From NCBI GenBank assembly GCA_047495785.1, contig JBLDXI010000024.1:1302001-1366000 (forward strand): 64,000 nt of DNA. The letters run 5' to 3'. The translations under genes and the position numbers were made by a program. Each line of letters begins with the position of its first letter. The stretch's first letter is position 1. Shown here piece by piece: positions 60,701 through 64,000 of this stretch. This stretch comes from Lepidodermella squamata (Eukaryota > Animalia > Gastrotricha). The notes below the pieces were generated by a model. It was not told where the DNA came from, did not search any database, and saw only the letters and a list, made by a program, of their open reading frames with translations.

Positions 60701-62675
60701 CTTTGTTTTGGTCATCATTATTTGATTATTAGGATTGGGTGAAAATGGTGAGATATCACGTCGTCCATATAATTGATCCCACTGTGAAAGCGGCCTGGAC
60801 GCTCCCTCGTACCTCTCGACCGGTGTCGCCCAGTGAGCACACACGTGCCCGTGAGCTCTTGAACCGGCTGGGCGGTAATAGTGCGCGAAATTAAACACGC
60901 CTAGCCGAGCGATGAAACGGCGCGCTTGTTATGAAACACGGTTATAGTAAAACCGGAAATAGCAGTCACAGGTGCAGAGATCATTAGCCAAACACGCGCG
61001 TTGTTGCGGCTCAAGTGGCCGGGCAACACCTCGCAGCCGCCAAAGCTTGTTGACACATAGCAAGCTGATATCTCGTTATCTACAAGTTACCCCGCTGATT
61101 CCGCATAATATCGATACGTGATACACAGCCGGTAAACAGAGACAGAGAGACGATGAAGTGCGAGATGAGTGACGAAATGGTCTCAATCATTTCTCATGAA
61201 AGCATTCCTTACTCCGCACCCACCTAGATGAATAGCCATTCTGAATAAGTATTCACATGATTTTCAATATTCCGATTTTTTTTTAATTCCATCAATATAA
61301 TTTCGTTCAAATTCGAATGGGACCATTTTTCGCAATGAACAAAAATTTGCAGTAATCTGGAAAATTTGATTTTTTGATAAATTTAGGAAGAATGACTTCA
61401 CGAATTAATTTTACGATTTTTCGAATTTTTACGCGATTTTTTTAAATTCCAGGTAAATTTAGAAAATTACCAGGTAATTCCGGACACTCACATATTATCA
61501 AACTGACTTAATGTCTGATTTCAAGACGACCTTTGCGTGAAATTTTGGAATTATTATGATGATCGCAATTTTATTCGTTTGATAAATTGATCGATTTTAC
61601 ACCCAAACTTTAGGTGGATGCCCGGCTATTGTCTGTGTTGTCTGATTTTTATTTTTTCGGTTACCGAGAGAGCTATAGAATTAAGGAATGCCTAAGCTAA
61701 AAATTTTACCACCCTAAAATTATAGGGCGACTTATTATACAATCCTGAATATCTAAGCGAGTTGATTGATTAGGCGTTGTCAGGTCTCATTTATGTTCCG
61801 TAATATCACTCGAGTGGTCTCAGTCTACCTGGGTGGGTTGTACTCAGCCATAATGACCGGATAAAAGTCATTGTCTTTTTATCGCGTAATAAACAAAGTG
61901 ATACCGCATGCGCGCGCGTGATAACATGCGGCGGCGAGCTGTGGGTCAGAGCGCGGCCGCGCAAAAACAAAAGACGCGTTTTTGTCCACCCGGCAGCTTC
62001 TGTCGCGCAGTTGTTGATTACCGTGGCGCGCGGGCGCGTCGCTTCACCTTTAAGAGCGAGTGGCCCAAAGCGGATTATTATAGGCTATTATATTATCGGC
62101 CACCAGTGCGGGCGGGCGCGAGGCCTGCTCGCATTTTCCTATATCTACAGCATCAATCCTTTAGTCCTAAATGCTGTTTATTGTTTTGAGGCACTGTATT
62201 ATGGATTTTTTGCCCATATATATATTATATTCCTTTCTATACACCACACCACCTGCAGATTGACTGCATTTTGCGGGTAGTTTCTGCGCTTTATTAGCTC
62301 TTTATTAGCCTCGTAAATAATTAGGTGTCTGTCATAGGCTGGAGTATGATTTTTTTAAGCTGGAATACTCGTACTTGTACTGATTCCAAATACCGAATCA
62401 GGATGAATACTATCATTTTGCCTTAGAATCAATCAAAGGACATAGTTGTTTTTAGCCAATTTTGGGCAAAATTACCAAAAAAAACCATTTGAAAATACTC
62501 GTATTCGAATTTTATTTTTGTGAGACATTTTTTTATTACTATTCACTCTGCTTAATACTTTTTCCTAAAAAAAATTCACTGATTCCTGCGATCGTTCTAG
62601 GGACGTTTTTCCAGTTCATTCGTCATATTTTACTGATATTTTTAGGAATTATTTTATCACAGCAGGTTGATTAAA

Positions 62676-63107
62676 ATGAAATCGCCTGCTATGCTGCTGC
62701 CAGTCAAGATGACTGTTATCGATAGAAGTCGCCGGAAACACGATCTCGGCTTCTGTTACTCGTGCGTTAACGTGGCACTTTTCATGGTCTTCACAGCGCT
62801 TGCCGCTTATTTCCTGCTGATCTTCTGCTCTAACCTACCCGGTACTTCATACTCGCCCTTTCAAAGCCAATCGTCAAACAACTCGCCCATCTTCTTTACC
62901 GCCGTCCTCAAGCCGCGATTCGAGTCGGAAAAATCGGACAGCAGCAATAATGAGATGATCGCGATTTGGGGCCAGGTGATATTTCGCCGCGAGTGGATAT
63001 GGAACGTGAACCGCGATACGACGGTAATTGTCGATGAATCATCATCATCATCCTCATCTCACTCAACTTCACAACTTCTGCGGCAACTGCTCAAGCGGCT
63101 AAGGTGA
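62676..63107 (+). CDS. Probable first coding exon of a type II membrane protein (may continue beyond window)
   Basis: Basic N-terminus, TM VALFMVFTALAAYFLLIFC, Ser-rich stem; acceptor just upstream (cagcag) and candidate donors at cag|gtga and aag|gtga. Confidence 0.4.
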   Translation: MKSPAMLLPVKMTVIDRSRRKHDLGFCYSCVNVALFMVFTALAAYFLLIFCSNLPGTSYSPFQSQSSNNSPIFFTAVLKPRFESEKSDSSNNEMIAIWGQVIFRREWIWNVNRDTTVIVDESSSSSSSHSTSQLLRQLLKRLR

Positions 63108-64000
63108 TGGCGTGTATCGCGAAGCTTTTTACCACCATAACACGCGATGACCTTGATCATTTTATTAATTATTATGCAAATTTTTAACGATTTCTGCTGG
63201 CCTGTTACCATCAGTGACGTGACATCTGCTGACTCCTTGTAAAATATCAACTTGATTTTAAATTTTTCCAGAAAATTTTCGAAAAATAAAAAAATTGCAA
63301 GAATCAATATCAGAGAGTCGTTTCCTTGAATTGAAGTTCGGTTATAGGAAATCGATTTCATCTTCCCGAATTCGAATCTATAATCGATTTGCGATTTTTG
63401 GATTCAGAAGCTCCAGAAACTGGAAATTGTCACTCATGAAAATTAAGGTGAAAGAATATATCCAACTGACAGGTAAATTAACGGTAAAATGGGCGTTTTC
63501 TGGCACAGGTTCGTCCACCCTTCGAATATTTCGAAATTTCGAAATTCATCGCTTTGGACTGTTTCGGGCTTATGACTGGCATGAAGCTGGATCCATGCTG
63601 ATGATTATACTATTTTTTTATCACATCACCTTGATTTTCGGCTATTTTTTAAATCAATAGCTCAATGGGCGCTTCAGCAAAAATGATTGAAATTAAATCA
63701 CGAAATAGAAATGTTTACTTTCTGAAATTTATTATTAAATAAATATCTAATTTCCCATACAATTTTGATGTGTCAAATAAATTCATTGCGATTTCGGCTT
63801 CAATATTCTGTGCAGATTTATGGCTCATTCAAGCAGCAATCTAAATTTATATGATGATGCGTTTTCTTTTAATGGACAATTTTTGTCGCTATCAGAACAG
63901 ACGGACAGGCGCATGACTGGATTTCAGCTGCGCACCTGGAATCGATTGATAAGAATACTTAATTGCCGTGATTGCTATAATAAAATGAGACGTTCTTTTT

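Noticed and set aside
1-64000. tRNA, rRNA or prokaryotic systems
   Set aside because: None recognisable; spliceosomal introns throughout indicate a eukaryotic nuclear locus.

Overview
Eukaryotic (invertebrate-like) genomic DNA from a compact, AT-rich genome with mostly ~50-60 nt GT-AG introns; the taxon cannot be fixed from sequence alone. Left to right: the 3' end of an intron-containing FLYWCH/MULE-transposase-derived gene; a ~14-exon GPI-type alkaline phosphatase; a Sulfotransfer_2 (CHST-like) gene; and an alpha-arrestin array (5 genes plus a 3' remnant). Interleaved in that array are a spliced 10-Cys defensin-like secreted peptide gene that the ORF track misses, an intronless GABA-B-like class C GPCR, and a decayed P-element/THAP9-like transposase whose spliced leader encodes a hydrophobic segment plus an intron-split 2A-like StopGo motif (LLLRSGD|VQSNPGP). 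Then follow an apparently intact spliced Sola-like transposase; an alpha-1,3-fucosyltransferase; two paralogous 4-TM orphan genes; a tandem array of six small single-pass membrane proteins sharing architecture, three of them sharing a cytoplasmic motif; five tandem CHST-like genes plus one intronless degenerate copy; an orphan secreted protein; a DEGS sphingolipid desaturase; and a probable first exon of a type II membrane protein. Several MITEs, some nested, are present. All gene models were spliced by eye, so internal boundaries are approximate unless stated.
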